From positions 62,001 through 126,000 of IMG/VR virus record IMGVR_UViG_3300030294_000005: DNA of 64,000 nt, one strand, 5' to 3'. Position numbers and translations under genes: made by a program. Shown here piece by piece: positions 1 through 9,817 of the stretch (within the stretch, counting starts at the first letter, position 1; each line of letters opens with the position of its first letter). The notes beneath the pieces are model-generated. The model made no database searches. It was not told where the DNA came from and saw nothing but the letters and a program-made list of their open reading frames with translations.

Positions 1-462
1 TTAACTGATTGGTTGGATATTGTACCTTCAAAACAATTTGATACTGTTCTTGTAAATATTTTTGGAAACATAGCTAATGCTAATTTACAAGGATATTCTA
101 AAACTTTAAAAGAGTTATTAGAAGTTAATTGCTTTATGTATGATTTTCATAAAGGATTTAATATAGATCAAGTTCCATTTAATATAAAATATAACGAAGA
201 TACATTTGAATTAGACTTTAAACAAACTAAATACTTAGAAGACTTATATAAAGTTGAAATAAGTAGAACGTATGTTGCTAAGTTTACTAAAGAAATAAGT
301 TTATCAAAAATAAAAAGATATTATGTTTTAATAAATGATATGAATGATAATTTATTTGTAATAGCTTATGATATGGGTAAGTATATAAATAGAACGTTCA
401 AAGAAAATTTAGTTAATAAAAAAGATTTGGTTGAACTCTTAAAATATAAAATGAGAAAATAG
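1..462 (+). CDS. Hypothetical protein, 5'-partial (frame open from base 1)
   Basis: Frame 1 is open from position 1 (LTDWLDIV...) to TAG at 460-462; no recognisable motif. Confidence 0.6.
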   Translation, partial: LTDWLDIVPSKQFDTVLVNIFGNIANANLQGYSKTLKELLEVNCFMYDFHKGFNIDQVPFNIKYNEDTFELDFKQTKYLEDLYKVEISRTYVAKFTKEISLSKIKRYYVLINDMNDNLFVIAYDMGKYINRTFKENLVNKKDLVELLKYKMRK

Positions 463-500
463 ATTAATGAGTATATTATTATATTAGGAGGTGATTATTA

Positions 501-1406
501 ATGAGTAGACAAGTGGTTATTGACTACGATGATGATAAAAAATGCAGAAGAGGTATATATGGAGAATGGGAATTAATAAAAGAATATTGTAATGATAGAG
601 CTAATGATGGTTCTATATTATCTAAATACAAATGTAAAATATGTAATAATATTATATTTGTAACTAAGCATAGAATGGATAAATCAAGACATGTATGCAA
701 AATATGTACTGAAAATTATTATAAATATAACTTTATAGGAAAAACATATAATAGATTAACTATTATAAAGTATGCATATACTGATAAAGATAGTAATCAT
801 TATTATTATTGTAAATGCTCATGTAATAATCTAATGCTAGAAACTCCAATTAGATTATCTCATTTAAAAGATGAAGATATACAATCATGTGGATGTATAA
901 GATTAGAAAAGATTAAAGAAAAATTAACAACACATGGATTATCTAATACTAGATTATATAGTATATATGATGCAATGATACGAAGATGCTATGATATTAA
1001 TAATCCAAATTATTATAGATATGGGAAAAGAGGAATTTATGTATGTAATGAATGGTTAGAAGATGATGGATTAAATAATTTTTATAATTGGGCTATTGAA
1101 AATGGCTATAGAGATGACTTGACTATAGATAGAATGGATAATGATGAAATATATGCTCCTTGGAATTGTAGATGGGCAACAAAGATTGAACAAGCAAATA
1201 ATAGAAGTAGTTGCACTTCTATAAATATAATGGGAACCAATTATACTAAAACCGAAATTTCTAGAAAATATAGTATAAATAAATATATATTAAATAAGCA
1301 TATTAATAATGGTGAGCGAATAGAAGATTTAGTAAATGCTATATGTAAATTAAAAATACCTATATCAATTAATACTAAACAAAAAGTTATCAGTTTTTAC
1401 AAGTAA
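501..1406 (+). CDS. Free-standing HNH homing endonuclease with N-terminal Cys-rich segments
   Basis: THGLSNTRLY..IY..M.RRCY, YG.RGI.VC.EW and LTIDR.DND..Y.P.NCRWAT..EQANNR are typical of phage HNH endonucleases; AGGAGG RBS upstream. Confidence 0.85.
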   Translation: MSRQVVIDYDDDKKCRRGIYGEWELIKEYCNDRANDGSILSKYKCKICNNIIFVTKHRMDKSRHVCKICTENYYKYNFIGKTYNRLTIIKYAYTDKDSNHYYYCKCSCNNLMLETPIRLSHLKDEDIQSCGCIRLEKIKEKLTTHGLSNTRLYSIYDAMIRRCYDINNPNYYRYGKRGIYVCNEWLEDDGLNNFYNWAIENGYRDDLTIDRMDNDEIYAPWNCRWATKIEQANNRSSCTSINIMGTNYTKTEISRKYSINKYILNKHINNGERIEDLVNAICKLKIPISINTKQKVISFYK

Positions 1407-1467
1407 TATTAAATGTCATTAATGTGTATAATTATAAAATATTTTATAAAGTAAATAAAATTATAAT

Positions 1468-1477
1468 TATATATTAT
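1468..1477 (+). promoter_or_regulatory. Putative early (virion-RNAP) promoter TATATATTAT
   Basis: The same motif recurs upstream of about 12 genes and resembles the phiKZ early promoter TATATTAC. Confidence 0.55.
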
Positions 1478-1539
1478 TATAATGAAAACAATAATATATT
1501 ACCAATAATAATATATTATTAGAAAAGTACTAAGACAGA

Positions 1540-1551
1540 AACATTAGTATA
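1540..1551 (+). promoter_or_regulatory. Putative late promoter AACA-N6-TA
   Basis: AACA-TTAGTA-TA just upstream of the RBS of 1580; matches the AR9 late consensus. Confidence 0.65.
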
Positions 1552-1579
1552 ATAATAAAAAAAGGGAGAGATTAAAATT

Positions 1580-2311
1580 ATGCAAAATCAAAACCAAGCT
1601 CAAGCACAGAAAACAACAACAACACCAGCCCAGGAGGAACCATTAAGTTTAGATGTAGAACCAATCAAATTTGATGGGCTAATTAAATCAAAATTAATCA
1701 CAACTATAGGTATTGGAAAATTAGTTTGGGAATTATTTAAACCAGTATTCCCAGAGTATGAAGGATGCATTATTCAGCCAGATCAATATGGCCAGTTACA
1801 AATAACTTTATACTTTAAAGATAAAGGAAAATTAACTGATACTAATGCACTTAAGGCTGTCACTCCTATTGGATTGAATCAGCATAGTAGTAGTGCTTAT
1901 GAAAAAATTGCAGCAATTAATCAGAGATTTTCTGCTAGTAAATTTGAACTTACTAAAGATGCCAAGGAAATTCTTGGAGAGTTTTATTGGGTAAGAAACA
2001 ATGGAAAAGTTCAATGGAGTCAAGTTGTAAATGAAGTTACATCTCAAGATTACAATGGTTATTCAGTTCATTTAAAAGTAACTGGATTAGACCTTACTAG
2101 AGTATTAAGAAAAATCTATGGCTTTAAAATCGATGGAGCAAGAGTTGATTATTCAGTATCTATTATAAAACCAATTGGAATGGATAATACTGGACTACTT
2201 CAGAACTACCTAATTAGCATTCAGCAGTTAGATACTAGAGAAGTTGAAAACTTGGCCAAAGAAGTTGGAGTTATCCCTATTCAGGGTTCAATCCCAATGC
2301 TTAAAAACTAG
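1580..2311 (+). CDS. Hypothetical phage protein (both promoter types upstream, own terminator)
   Basis: 243 aa ORF, GGGAGAG RBS, followed by a hairpin terminator. Confidence 0.75.
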   Translation: MQNQNQAQAQKTTTTPAQEEPLSLDVEPIKFDGLIKSKLITTIGIGKLVWELFKPVFPEYEGCIIQPDQYGQLQITLYFKDKGKLTDTNALKAVTPIGLNQHSSSAYEKIAAINQRFSASKFELTKDAKEILGEFYWVRNNGKVQWSQVVNEVTSQDYNGYSVHLKVTGLDLTRVLRKIYGFKIDGARVDYSVSIIKPIGMDNTGLLQNYLISIQQLDTREVENLAKEVGVIPIQGSIPMLKN

Positions 2312-2345
2312 CTTACTAAGAACAATTTGAACTAAAATAGTTTAA

Positions 2346-2373
2346 TATGAGAGTGTGTAATAACACTCTCATA
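2346..2373 (+). terminator. Intrinsic terminator
   Basis: TATGAGAGTGT-loop-ACACTCTCATA followed by a T-rich tract. Confidence 0.75.
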
Positions 2374-2414
2374 AATTTTATTTTTTTAAATTATAGCTTA
2401 GGGGATGTTTTAAT

Positions 2415-2810
2415 ATGGATATAAAATATAGTATTCAAGATGGAATAGATAAATTGTTTGACGAAAAAGGAAATACTTTTTTAGCATTGAGAAAGATATC
2501 ATGGGGTGAAAGTACAAATGCTAAATATGATTTAAGAAAATGGTATATTAGCAAAGATGGAAATGGAGAAACTGTTGGAAAGGGCTTCTCATTTTTAACT
2601 GACGATGGACCATCAGAACTTACTCATGTCTTATTAGAATCTGGATTTGGAGAAACTAAAAAGATCATAGATACTATTAAAACAAGAGATGATTTTAATT
2701 CATCATTAGTTAATAGTTTAAGTAAAAAGGAACTATCCGATACTGGATTAGATATAGGGCCAGAAGAAGATGATGAAGATTTATATGATCCTTCAGCAAT
2801 ATTTGAATAA
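2415..2810 (+). CDS. PC4/YdbC-like ssDNA-binding protein
   Basis: LRKISWG...KYDLRKW...GKGFSF signature of the YdbC/PC4 fold; acidic C-terminal tail as in SSBs. Confidence 0.7.
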   Translation: MDIKYSIQDGIDKLFDEKGNTFLALRKISWGESTNAKYDLRKWYISKDGNGETVGKGFSFLTDDGPSELTHVLLESGFGETKKIIDTIKTRDDFNSSLVNSLSKKELSDTGLDIGPEEDDEDLYDPSAIFE

Positions 2811-2824
2811 GAGGTGATATTAAA

Positions 2825-3877
2825 ATGAAGATATCATTAGAGCAGTTAGTTAATACGAATTATGTAAAATATGATAAGATGATAGAAATAGTCAATGCTG
2901 TATATGCCAAATCTAATGCTTCTACAATAAATATTTATATAGATATGTACTCTATGATAAAATCACTGTACTCTAACAGAGAGTATGAAATAAATGATTA
3001 TGCAGCACTTACTGCGTGTATAATAAACATGTGTGCACACTATAGAGAATTCTTTAAAACAAGATATAAAACAAAATCAAGATTCTTTATAGTGTATTCT
3101 AAAAATTGTAGTTATATGAATAATCAATTTTATTCAGAGTATAATTATAAAAATCTAGGAATGTTCAATGCTAATAAAAAGATTGATGATATGGTAAAAA
3201 ATAATATAGAATTGTTAAAAACTTTATGTCCATACTTAGATGATATACATTTTATACCTGGAACATTTGAAACAGGAGTTATTATATATGATCTAATGTG
3301 TAGAAATGAATTGATTGATGATTCTCCACATATGATTATAACAAAAGATAAATATAATTATCAATTAGCAACGGCTAGAAACGATGTAACTATATTAAGA
3401 CCTAAAAAATCTAATGGTGAAGATATGAGTTATTCTATATCCTATAATAATCTAATATTTACTTATTATAATGAAAGAAATTTTAAAATGAAAGAACCAA
3501 ATATGTTATCTTCAGCATTAGTAAGTTTGATTATGACACTATCTTCAGTACCAGAAAGAAATATAAAATCTTTATTTAATATCTCAAGAACAATAAAGAT
3601 ATTAAATAAGGCAGTAAAAGGATTTAAGATAATAGATGGGTACAATTCTGATACAGAAGTAATATGGAATGGAATATATAATGATGATTTTAAAATAGGA
3701 TATCCTACATTTGAAAATAGATTCAAAGCAATAGATATTAGGCTTCAACACTCTATATTTATAAATACTCCAGAAGCAAAAAGTATACAGTTTAAAAATC
3801 TAGTTGATCCAGAAACAGTTAGATCAATAAATAATATGTATTTTAAAAGTACACCATTAGATTTGAATAGATTATAA
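2825..3877 (+). CDS. PIN/5'-3' exonuclease-like fold protein (divergent)
   Basis: NIYIDMYS near the N-terminus, FETGVII and IITKDK resemble FEN/T4 RNase H acidic motifs, partly degenerate. Confidence 0.4.
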   Translation: MKISLEQLVNTNYVKYDKMIEIVNAVYAKSNASTINIYIDMYSMIKSLYSNREYEINDYAALTACIINMCAHYREFFKTRYKTKSRFFIVYSKNCSYMNNQFYSEYNYKNLGMFNANKKIDDMVKNNIELLKTLCPYLDDIHFIPGTFETGVIIYDLMCRNELIDDSPHMIITKDKYNYQLATARNDVTILRPKKSNGEDMSYSISYNNLIFTYYNERNFKMKEPNMLSSALVSLIMTLSSVPERNIKSLFNISRTIKILNKAVKGFKIIDGYNSDTEVIWNGIYNDDFKIGYPTFENRFKAIDIRLQHSIFINTPEAKSIQFKNLVDPETVRSINNMYFKSTPLDLNRL

Positions 3878-3881
3878 GACA

Positions 3882-3893
3882 AACATAATAATA
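3882..3893 (+). promoter_or_regulatory. Putative late promoter AACA-N6-TA (overlaps hairpin 3890-3910)
   Basis: AACA-TAATAA-TA upstream of 3937. Confidence 0.6.
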
Positions 3894-3936
3894 GAGGATA
3901 CTCCTCTATTATTTTTTATAAAGAAGGTGTAATATT

Positions 3937-5121
3937 ATGGATGCATTCAGATATAATATAAATATGAGCTATATGTATAATAATAAAGAATATGTTATAG
4001 ACTCAACTAATATAACAAATTTTGTAATTGACTATTCATATGATACTAGAAATATGCCTATATTATTTGTAACAACATCTATAGATAAAAAAGTAGTAGA
4101 TGATATGATTAAGAATAGTAGAACAAAAACAATAATATTAACTATATCCAAGTATACAAAAGATTCATCTATAACTATTCAAAAGAATTATATACATGAT
4201 GAATTTATGTATTTCTTATCAGATGATTTAAATAATGTAGATGATTTGGATTATAGTGATAGTACTGCTAATTCAAAAGATATATATAGAAAGATAACTA
4301 TAGGAATGATAGATTTGAAATTGATGAATAATAATAAGAAATTAATAAATGAAGTATTCATTAATACAAATTTATTAGATATCGTTTTAAAAAATACATC
4401 TCATATGAATTTACTTATAGAACCTATTCCAGACTTATTAGTACCAAGATTAATTATTCCTCCATTAACTTCAATAAGTAAATATATAAAGTTCATAGAT
4501 AGTTATAATAGTTTATATCCTACAGCATATAGATTATTCTATGATTTTAATAGAACTTATTTATTAAGTTCAGCTGGTAATAATATTCCAGCAAAAGGAG
4601 AAAATATAAATTCAATAATAATAAATGTAAGCAAGAGTACTACAGCAGATTCTAAAGTACAAGGTATGCATATAGATAAACCTGGTAAAGCATATATAAT
4701 AGAATTATCTGACACTGATATAAAATGTCTAGAAGATAAAGCTACTGATATATCATATAATAAAATAATTGGAATTGCAAGTGATGGAACATATAGATCT
4801 GTAGACTTAACTCTTCAGACTCCTGTAAAAAACTCATCAGAAAAGGTTAGAATAGAAATGATGACTAATGATAATATAAAACAAGTAGATAATATAAAAG
4901 CAGATATATTAAATTCTTCAATGAGTTTATACTTTGCTAAAACAGAGTTAGACACTTCTATACTAACATTGAATAGAAAATTTATAGTAAAAAATTATGC
5001 TAGACTTTATAACAAGGATGGTGTATTTATTTTATCTTCTAAAAAAGAAATATATACTCCAGACAATGGTTCTTTTATATTAACAACTATGATAACTTTA
5101 AAAAAAGCAATAGTATCCTAG
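3937..5121 (+). CDS. Probable virion structural protein (baseplate hub-like)
   Basis: 394 aa, beta-rich composition, late promoter; function inferred from context only. Confidence 0.4.
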   Translation: MDAFRYNINMSYMYNNKEYVIDSTNITNFVIDYSYDTRNMPILFVTTSIDKKVVDDMIKNSRTKTIILTISKYTKDSSITIQKNYIHDEFMYFLSDDLNNVDDLDYSDSTANSKDIYRKITIGMIDLKLMNNNKKLINEVFINTNLLDIVLKNTSHMNLLIEPIPDLLVPRLIIPPLTSISKYIKFIDSYNSLYPTAYRLFYDFNRTYLLSSAGNNIPAKGENINSIIINVSKSTTADSKVQGMHIDKPGKAYIIELSDTDIKCLEDKATDISYNKIIGIASDGTYRSVDLTLQTPVKNSSEKVRIEMMTNDNIKQVDNIKADILNSSMSLYFAKTELDTSILTLNRKFIVKNYARLYNKDGVFILSSKKEIYTPDNGSFILTTMITLKKAIVS

Positions 5122-5141
5122 TGCAATTAAGCACTAGGATA
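5114..5141. terminator. Terminator between convergent genes
   Basis: TATCCTAGTGC-AATTAA-GCACTAGGATA with a T-tract on the + side. Confidence 0.75.
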
Positions 5142-5151
5142 TTTTTTGTTA

Positions 5152-6426
5152 TTATTTTTTATTTTTCTCTTCTGGTGCAGGATTGCTGAAAGCTTTATCT
5201 ACTACATTTTTATAATTTGTTCCAGCATCTGCTACTTTATCATTAGTAGTATCACTCTTTGGAGTTCCTACATTATCTCTTACATGATTTTTAACTATTT
5301 GCATATATTCTTTAAACATCTCTTCAGCAATAGTTTGTTTAGCTCCTAATAATCCACCACAAACATTTAGATATGTTTGTACTTTCTTTATCTGATCATC
5401 ATATGATGAAGAGTCATTCTTTACTGCTGCAGTTTGTGATTCTTTATCTTGAGGAGTTCCTTGTACATTTTTCATATTTGCCGCAGGATTATTTTCTTGC
5501 CCTCCATTATTAGAACCGCCAGCATATGATATCTGAAGCTCTTCTATATATGCTTCATATACAAATGAATAATATGATTTATTACCATATATATTAAATG
5601 ATTCATTATGCTCTCTATTTTTATTTCCAGAAGGGGTAGACTGGTTATTATTGTTATTGTTGTTATTAGACTGGTTATTATTATTTGATTGATTATTACC
5701 ACCATTATTATTTGATTGATTGTCATTACCAGTATTATCATTTGTATTAGGTGCTGGTTGAGAATTTCTTTCTCTATCAGCCTTATCAATTATATCTGCT
5801 GCATTATTAGCAGCTTTCTTAATTTCATTTAAATCTTTTTCCAATAAAGGTTTCATCTTACTTTCATAATTATAACAATAATTGAAAATATCTGTCATCT
5901 TTATCTGTGCTGATGGGAATGGTTTAGGATCTTGTCCACCTCTAAAATATAATTTACATCTATCAGCAAATGCTGCATCTGATTTAGGTATTTGGTTAAA
6001 TTTTGCTTTTTCAAATTCCTCTGGATTATCTAAAGGTAGATCATAATTAAAGATTGGAACTGCAGATGTTAGCATATTTCTTAAGCCTGTATCATAATCA
6101 TACATTGTATATGTCACATCACTACGTAGCTTTTTCTTTAATATGATATCTTTATATTTCTCAAGATAAGATCTATTACTATTAACTAAATTAGTCATAG
6201 CTTCTAAGAACTTACCCCACATTCTTCCTATAGCTTCCATAATCTTTTTAAAAGCTTCTTTTATTTTATCAGTAACTGACTCATTCAATACATCCATATT
6301 CTTTATTGTATTTTTAGATTCTCCTATTAGAACTGCTTCTTTAATAAATCTATCCATTTTAGCTTGTTCTAACATTTGATCTGCAACAAAGGATGTATAT
6401 TCAAACATATTTGAACTATATTCCAT
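5152..6426 (-). CDS. Internal head (ejection-type) protein, paralog 4, with Asn/Gln-rich insertion
   Basis: VLNE/SVTDKIKEAFKKIMEAIGRMWGKF: putative protease site followed by an amphipathic helix, as in phiKZ-like internal head proteins. Confidence 0.65.
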   Translation of the reverse strand: MEYSSNMFEYTSFVADQMLEQAKMDRFIKEAVLIGESKNTIKNMDVLNESVTDKIKEAFKKIMEAIGRMWGKFLEAMTNLVNSNRSYLEKYKDIILKKKLRSDVTYTMYDYDTGLRNMLTSAVPIFNYDLPLDNPEEFEKAKFNQIPKSDAAFADRCKLYFRGGQDPKPFPSAQIKMTDIFNYCYNYESKMKPLLEKDLNEIKKAANNAADIIDKADRERNSQPAPNTNDNTGNDNQSNNNGGNNQSNNNNQSNNNNNNNNQSTPSGNKNREHNESFNIYGNKSYYSFVYEAYIEELQISYAGGSNNGGQENNPAANMKNVQGTPQDKESQTAAVKNDSSSYDDQIKKVQTYLNVCGGLLGAKQTIAEEMFKEYMQIVKNHVRDNVGTPKSDTTNDKVADAGTNYKNVVDKAFSNPAPEEKNKK

Positions 6427-6441
6427 AACGTTAACCTCCTT

Positions 6442-7521
6442 TTATTTAGTAGTATTAACAGATGCTAATTTAGATAAAGCTTTATATAATACATCCTTAT
6501 CTTGTTTATAACAATCCTTAATAGCATCAAGTTTATATGAAAATGCTAATGAATGTATATTACACATTTCGATTATTTGTTCAGCTTTCTTCTTTACAAA
6601 TAAATCTATTTGATTCATAACTTCTGTCGAAACAGTTATATTTCCAGTTCCAACCTTATCATAATCTGAGTTTATAGCCAAGCCAACAAGCTTATTTATA
6701 TCCCTAGTAGCATTTTGTTTAACAATACCTTGAACTTGCTTTTTAATTGATTCATAGTCTTTCTCTATACTCTCTTTAGTATCTTTAATAGACTTCTCAT
6801 CTTTTTTATAATTTTGAAATCTTAATAGAGCAGAACCTACATAAGTACTTATAATTTCTATAGTTTCTTTAGATGATGATCCATTTCTATATACATTCCA
6901 TAAATCTTGAGCAAAGTCTTCTTGAGCTATTGCTTTCTGAGATATAACTTCTCCTCTGAAGGAATCATACCAATCTCCATTTACATCATTAATTAATTCA
7001 GTATATTTTTCCTTAACCTTTTCCATAATCTTCTTTTGATCAGTTTCACCTTGAAGATCTTGAAAATCTAATTTAACAAAACTCTCTTCAAATTTAGCTT
7101 GTGCATTTATTAATGGAATAGCTGGAGAAAATGTATAATTATATCCATCTATAGAGAATTTATCCTTATCTGAAAAGGATGCAAACTTATCTTTATTTTT
7201 TTCAATAAACTTATCAGATGAAATAAACTTATTAAAAGCAATAATAAATTTATCAAATAAAGATTTTATAAACTTAAGAAATTTATCTATTATCTTCTTA
7301 ACTGATTCAAAGAAGTCAGAGAATGATTCATTTATAATTTCTTCATTACCTGCACTCTCTAATATACTTTTATATAGAGTCTTGTTAATATTTCTATAAT
7401 CATTCATAGATTCTTTTATAAATTGTAATGTATCCATGAAGAAAGATTCATCAATATTATTATACTCTAATATATTAGAAGTGTTGAATTCTTTTTGAGC
7501 CAATATATTTGTATTAAACAT
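6442..7521 (-). CDS. Internal head protein, paralog 3
   Basis: IINE/SFSDFFESVKKIIDKFLKFIKSLFDKF; several xxES sites in the leader. Confidence 0.65.
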   Translation of the reverse strand: MFNTNILAQKEFNTSNILEYNNIDESFFMDTLQFIKESMNDYRNINKTLYKSILESAGNEEIINESFSDFFESVKKIIDKFLKFIKSLFDKFIIAFNKFISSDKFIEKNKDKFASFSDKDKFSIDGYNYTFSPAIPLINAQAKFEESFVKLDFQDLQGETDQKKIMEKVKEKYTELINDVNGDWYDSFRGEVISQKAIAQEDFAQDLWNVYRNGSSSKETIEIISTYVGSALLRFQNYKKDEKSIKDTKESIEKDYESIKKQVQGIVKQNATRDINKLVGLAINSDYDKVGTGNITVSTEVMNQIDLFVKKKAEQIIEMCNIHSLAFSYKLDAIKDCYKQDKDVLYKALSKLASVNTTK

Positions 7522-7553
7522 ATTATATTTACACCTCCATAAATTTTAAATAA

Positions 7554-7589
7554 TAAATAGAGATTACCCTAAAAGGTAATCTCTATTTA
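7554..7589 (-). terminator. Intrinsic terminator
   Basis: TAAATAGAGATTACC-loop-GGTAATCTCTATTTA inverted repeat. Confidence 0.75.
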
Positions 7590-7599
7590 AAGCTTTTAA

Positions 7600-8619
7600 T
7601 TATTTAAGCACTACGCCACTTAAAAATGACTCATTTGTTGAATCTGTAAAGCTATAGCTTTCATGCTTTGCTTTAAAGCCAACTAGAGCAACGCATATAG
7701 ATTTTGCTTGTCTATTTTGATCTCTAATAGCTGATAAATGTGCTCCATTAGCTATTTGAAGAACTCCAATAGAATCTTTTGCATATTGAATATGTGCATT
7801 AAGCTTTCTAACATTACCTGAAGCTGCAGTTGAATCTGCATCAGTTGTATCTTTAGCAACAGCAGTAGTAGTTGAAGCCTTTGCTTGTTTCTCTAAATCT
7901 TTGATTATATCATTAATAGCATCTGTTAATTTCTTATAGTTCTTTTCAGCTTTTGTCTTAAGTTCTTTAGTAGCTTGAACTAATTTCAATTGCTCTCTTG
8001 GAACTATGGTTTCTATTTCAATCTTAGAATCTTCATCAGATCTAAAGTATTTGAATAGTTCCTTAGATAGTTCTCCAGATTCAATCTTTTCTGATTTTCC
8101 AAGAACTTTTCCTCTTAATGAATCTTGAATATCTTCAGAATTAGAAGTGTCTACTTCTGAATCATATACAGCACCCATTGTTGATTGGGATGGAAGCTCA
8201 TAACTATCAACATTGCTAAATTTAAAGCCTTTGACTTTTAATCCTTTAGTATCTGCGTTGATAATCTTTGGAGCATATTGTTTAACAAAGTCAGCATCTG
8301 ATTTAATATAAGAATCAATCATTGCGAAAAATCTTTTGAATAAACCCTTAATTTTTTCAAGAATATTCATAAAGAATTCCTTAGCTTTGTTTAGTAATGC
8401 TGCTAAATCCACTGCTTCATATACCATTTCAACACCAGTTGATTCGTATATTGATAGCTCATGAACACCTATTGCCTGCATAATTTTATTATAGTTCTCT
8501 TCTGATTCTGCAACTATATTAATTGCAGCTTCAATTCCTGGTTCTAACTTACATTCAATAACATTTACTGCACTTTCATCAAATGTATCTAATTTTTTAG
8601 TACTTGTATAAACACCCAT
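7600..8619 (-). CDS. Internal head protein, paralog 2
   Basis: VYE/AVDLAALLNKAKEFFMNILEKIKGLFKRFF; C-terminal KHES and TNES sites. Confidence 0.65.
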   Translation of the reverse strand: MGVYTSTKKLDTFDESAVNVIECKLEPGIEAAINIVAESEENYNKIMQAIGVHELSIYESTGVEMVYEAVDLAALLNKAKEFFMNILEKIKGLFKRFFAMIDSYIKSDADFVKQYAPKIINADTKGLKVKGFKFSNVDSYELPSQSTMGAVYDSEVDTSNSEDIQDSLRGKVLGKSEKIESGELSKELFKYFRSDEDSKIEIETIVPREQLKLVQATKELKTKAEKNYKKLTDAINDIIKDLEKQAKASTTTAVAKDTTDADSTAASGNVRKLNAHIQYAKDSIGVLQIANGAHLSAIRDQNRQAKSICVALVGFKAKHESYSFTDSTNESFLSGVVLK

Positions 8620-8640
8620 TACTATTGTACCTCCTCAAAT

Positions 8641-9714
8641 TTATTTTGAATAGTCTTCGTATGAACTAATAAAGTCGTATTCAGCTACTTCACCAAAAGC
8701 TTCTGCTAATACTGCACTTTCTTTAACTGACTTAGGATTGAAAGCTGCACATTGACCATAAACACGTCTACTCTGCCCAACCATTTTCTTAGTAAGATCC
8801 ATATCTGCTTTTATAATCATATTAGCAGCTGTTTGCATAACTTCTACAACTCTTCTTGCAACATTTGCTTTCTTACTCATACCTGATGCAGTTGCTGCTT
8901 TATTATCATCTTTATCAAGGGATGCAGTAGTTTGTTCTTTACTGAATGCATCTATTGCTTTAAGAGCAGCTTTAAACATAGTATCTGTTTCAGTCTGCAA
9001 TTTATTAATTCCTTTAGTTACTTCACCTTCATTAGTTAAATATGAAGTTATTGTACGAAGAACACCATCAGAAAGACCAGTAACTTCTTCTTCATCTTCA
9101 AATACAACTTTTTCATAATCTTTATAGAAGTCTTCTTTAGTTGTACTAGGAGCTGCTTTTTGTAAATATTCATTTAACTCGTCACCATTATCTAATTTTG
9201 TTATAATAGCATCAAGATTATCTACTTTCTTGATATCACCTAATTTACTTGATGCTGCAGTAGTTATACCACCAATAGCATCTGCTCCAGCTAGTTTGTC
9301 AGAATGGAAAGTTCTCCATTTAAATTTCATTTTTGAATAGTCTTTTCCGACTACATCTTTTTGATATTTCTTAACAAACTCTTTGCTATCTCTCATAACA
9401 ACATTGCTAAATTTAACAAGAAAAGATTTAAAAATACCTTTAATCTTCTCCCAGCATTTCATAATAAATTCTTTAATGCTGTCAATAATGTTTCCAGCTT
9501 CTTGAACTAATTGAGCAGATTCCTCTACTGCAGCTCCAGGGGTAGCTTGTGAAAAATCATTTGCAATGATTGCTTCGAATATAGCTTGGTCATTCTTAGT
9601 ATTGTCAATCATCATTTCTAGTAAACCTGTTTGATGAGTATAGCTTTCATTAGCAACGACTTCTTCGCCACTATAGTTTCCTAACTGTGTCCTATTGTTT
9701 GAATAAACACTCAT
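8641..9714 (-). CDS. Internal head protein, paralog 1
   Basis: VQE/AGNIIDSIKEFIMKCWEKIKGIFKSF, clearly similar to 7600..8619; C-terminal VKES. Confidence 0.65.
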   Translation of the reverse strand: MSVYSNNRTQLGNYSGEEVVANESYTHQTGLLEMMIDNTKNDQAIFEAIIANDFSQATPGAAVEESAQLVQEAGNIIDSIKEFIMKCWEKIKGIFKSFLVKFSNVVMRDSKEFVKKYQKDVVGKDYSKMKFKWRTFHSDKLAGADAIGGITTAASSKLGDIKKVDNLDAIITKLDNGDELNEYLQKAAPSTTKEDFYKDYEKVVFEDEEEVTGLSDGVLRTITSYLTNEGEVTKGINKLQTETDTMFKAALKAIDAFSKEQTTASLDKDDNKAATASGMSKKANVARRVVEVMQTAANMIIKADMDLTKKMVGQSRRVYGQCAAFNPKSVKESAVLAEAFGEVAEYDFISSYEDYSK

Positions 9715-9761
9715 TTTTTATCATTCCTTTCTGAAAAAATTTTATTTAAATTAAACTTTTT

Positions 9762-9773
9762 TATTAATATGTT
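9762..9773 (-). promoter_or_regulatory. Putative late promoter AACA-N6-TA
   Basis: Minus strand AACA-TATTAA-TA ahead of the internal-head cluster. Confidence 0.65.
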
Positions 9774-9817
9774 TATAGTAGTATGGTATTATTACCATAA
9801 ATATTGATAATTATATA

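Noticed and set aside
501-1406. HNH gene as part of a group I intron
   Set aside because: It has its own RBS and promoter motif, the flanking ORFs end and start normally, and no intron core was recognisable.
5630-5760. Asn-rich microsatellite-like tract
   Set aside because: In-frame low-complexity linker of the internal head protein, not a separate element.
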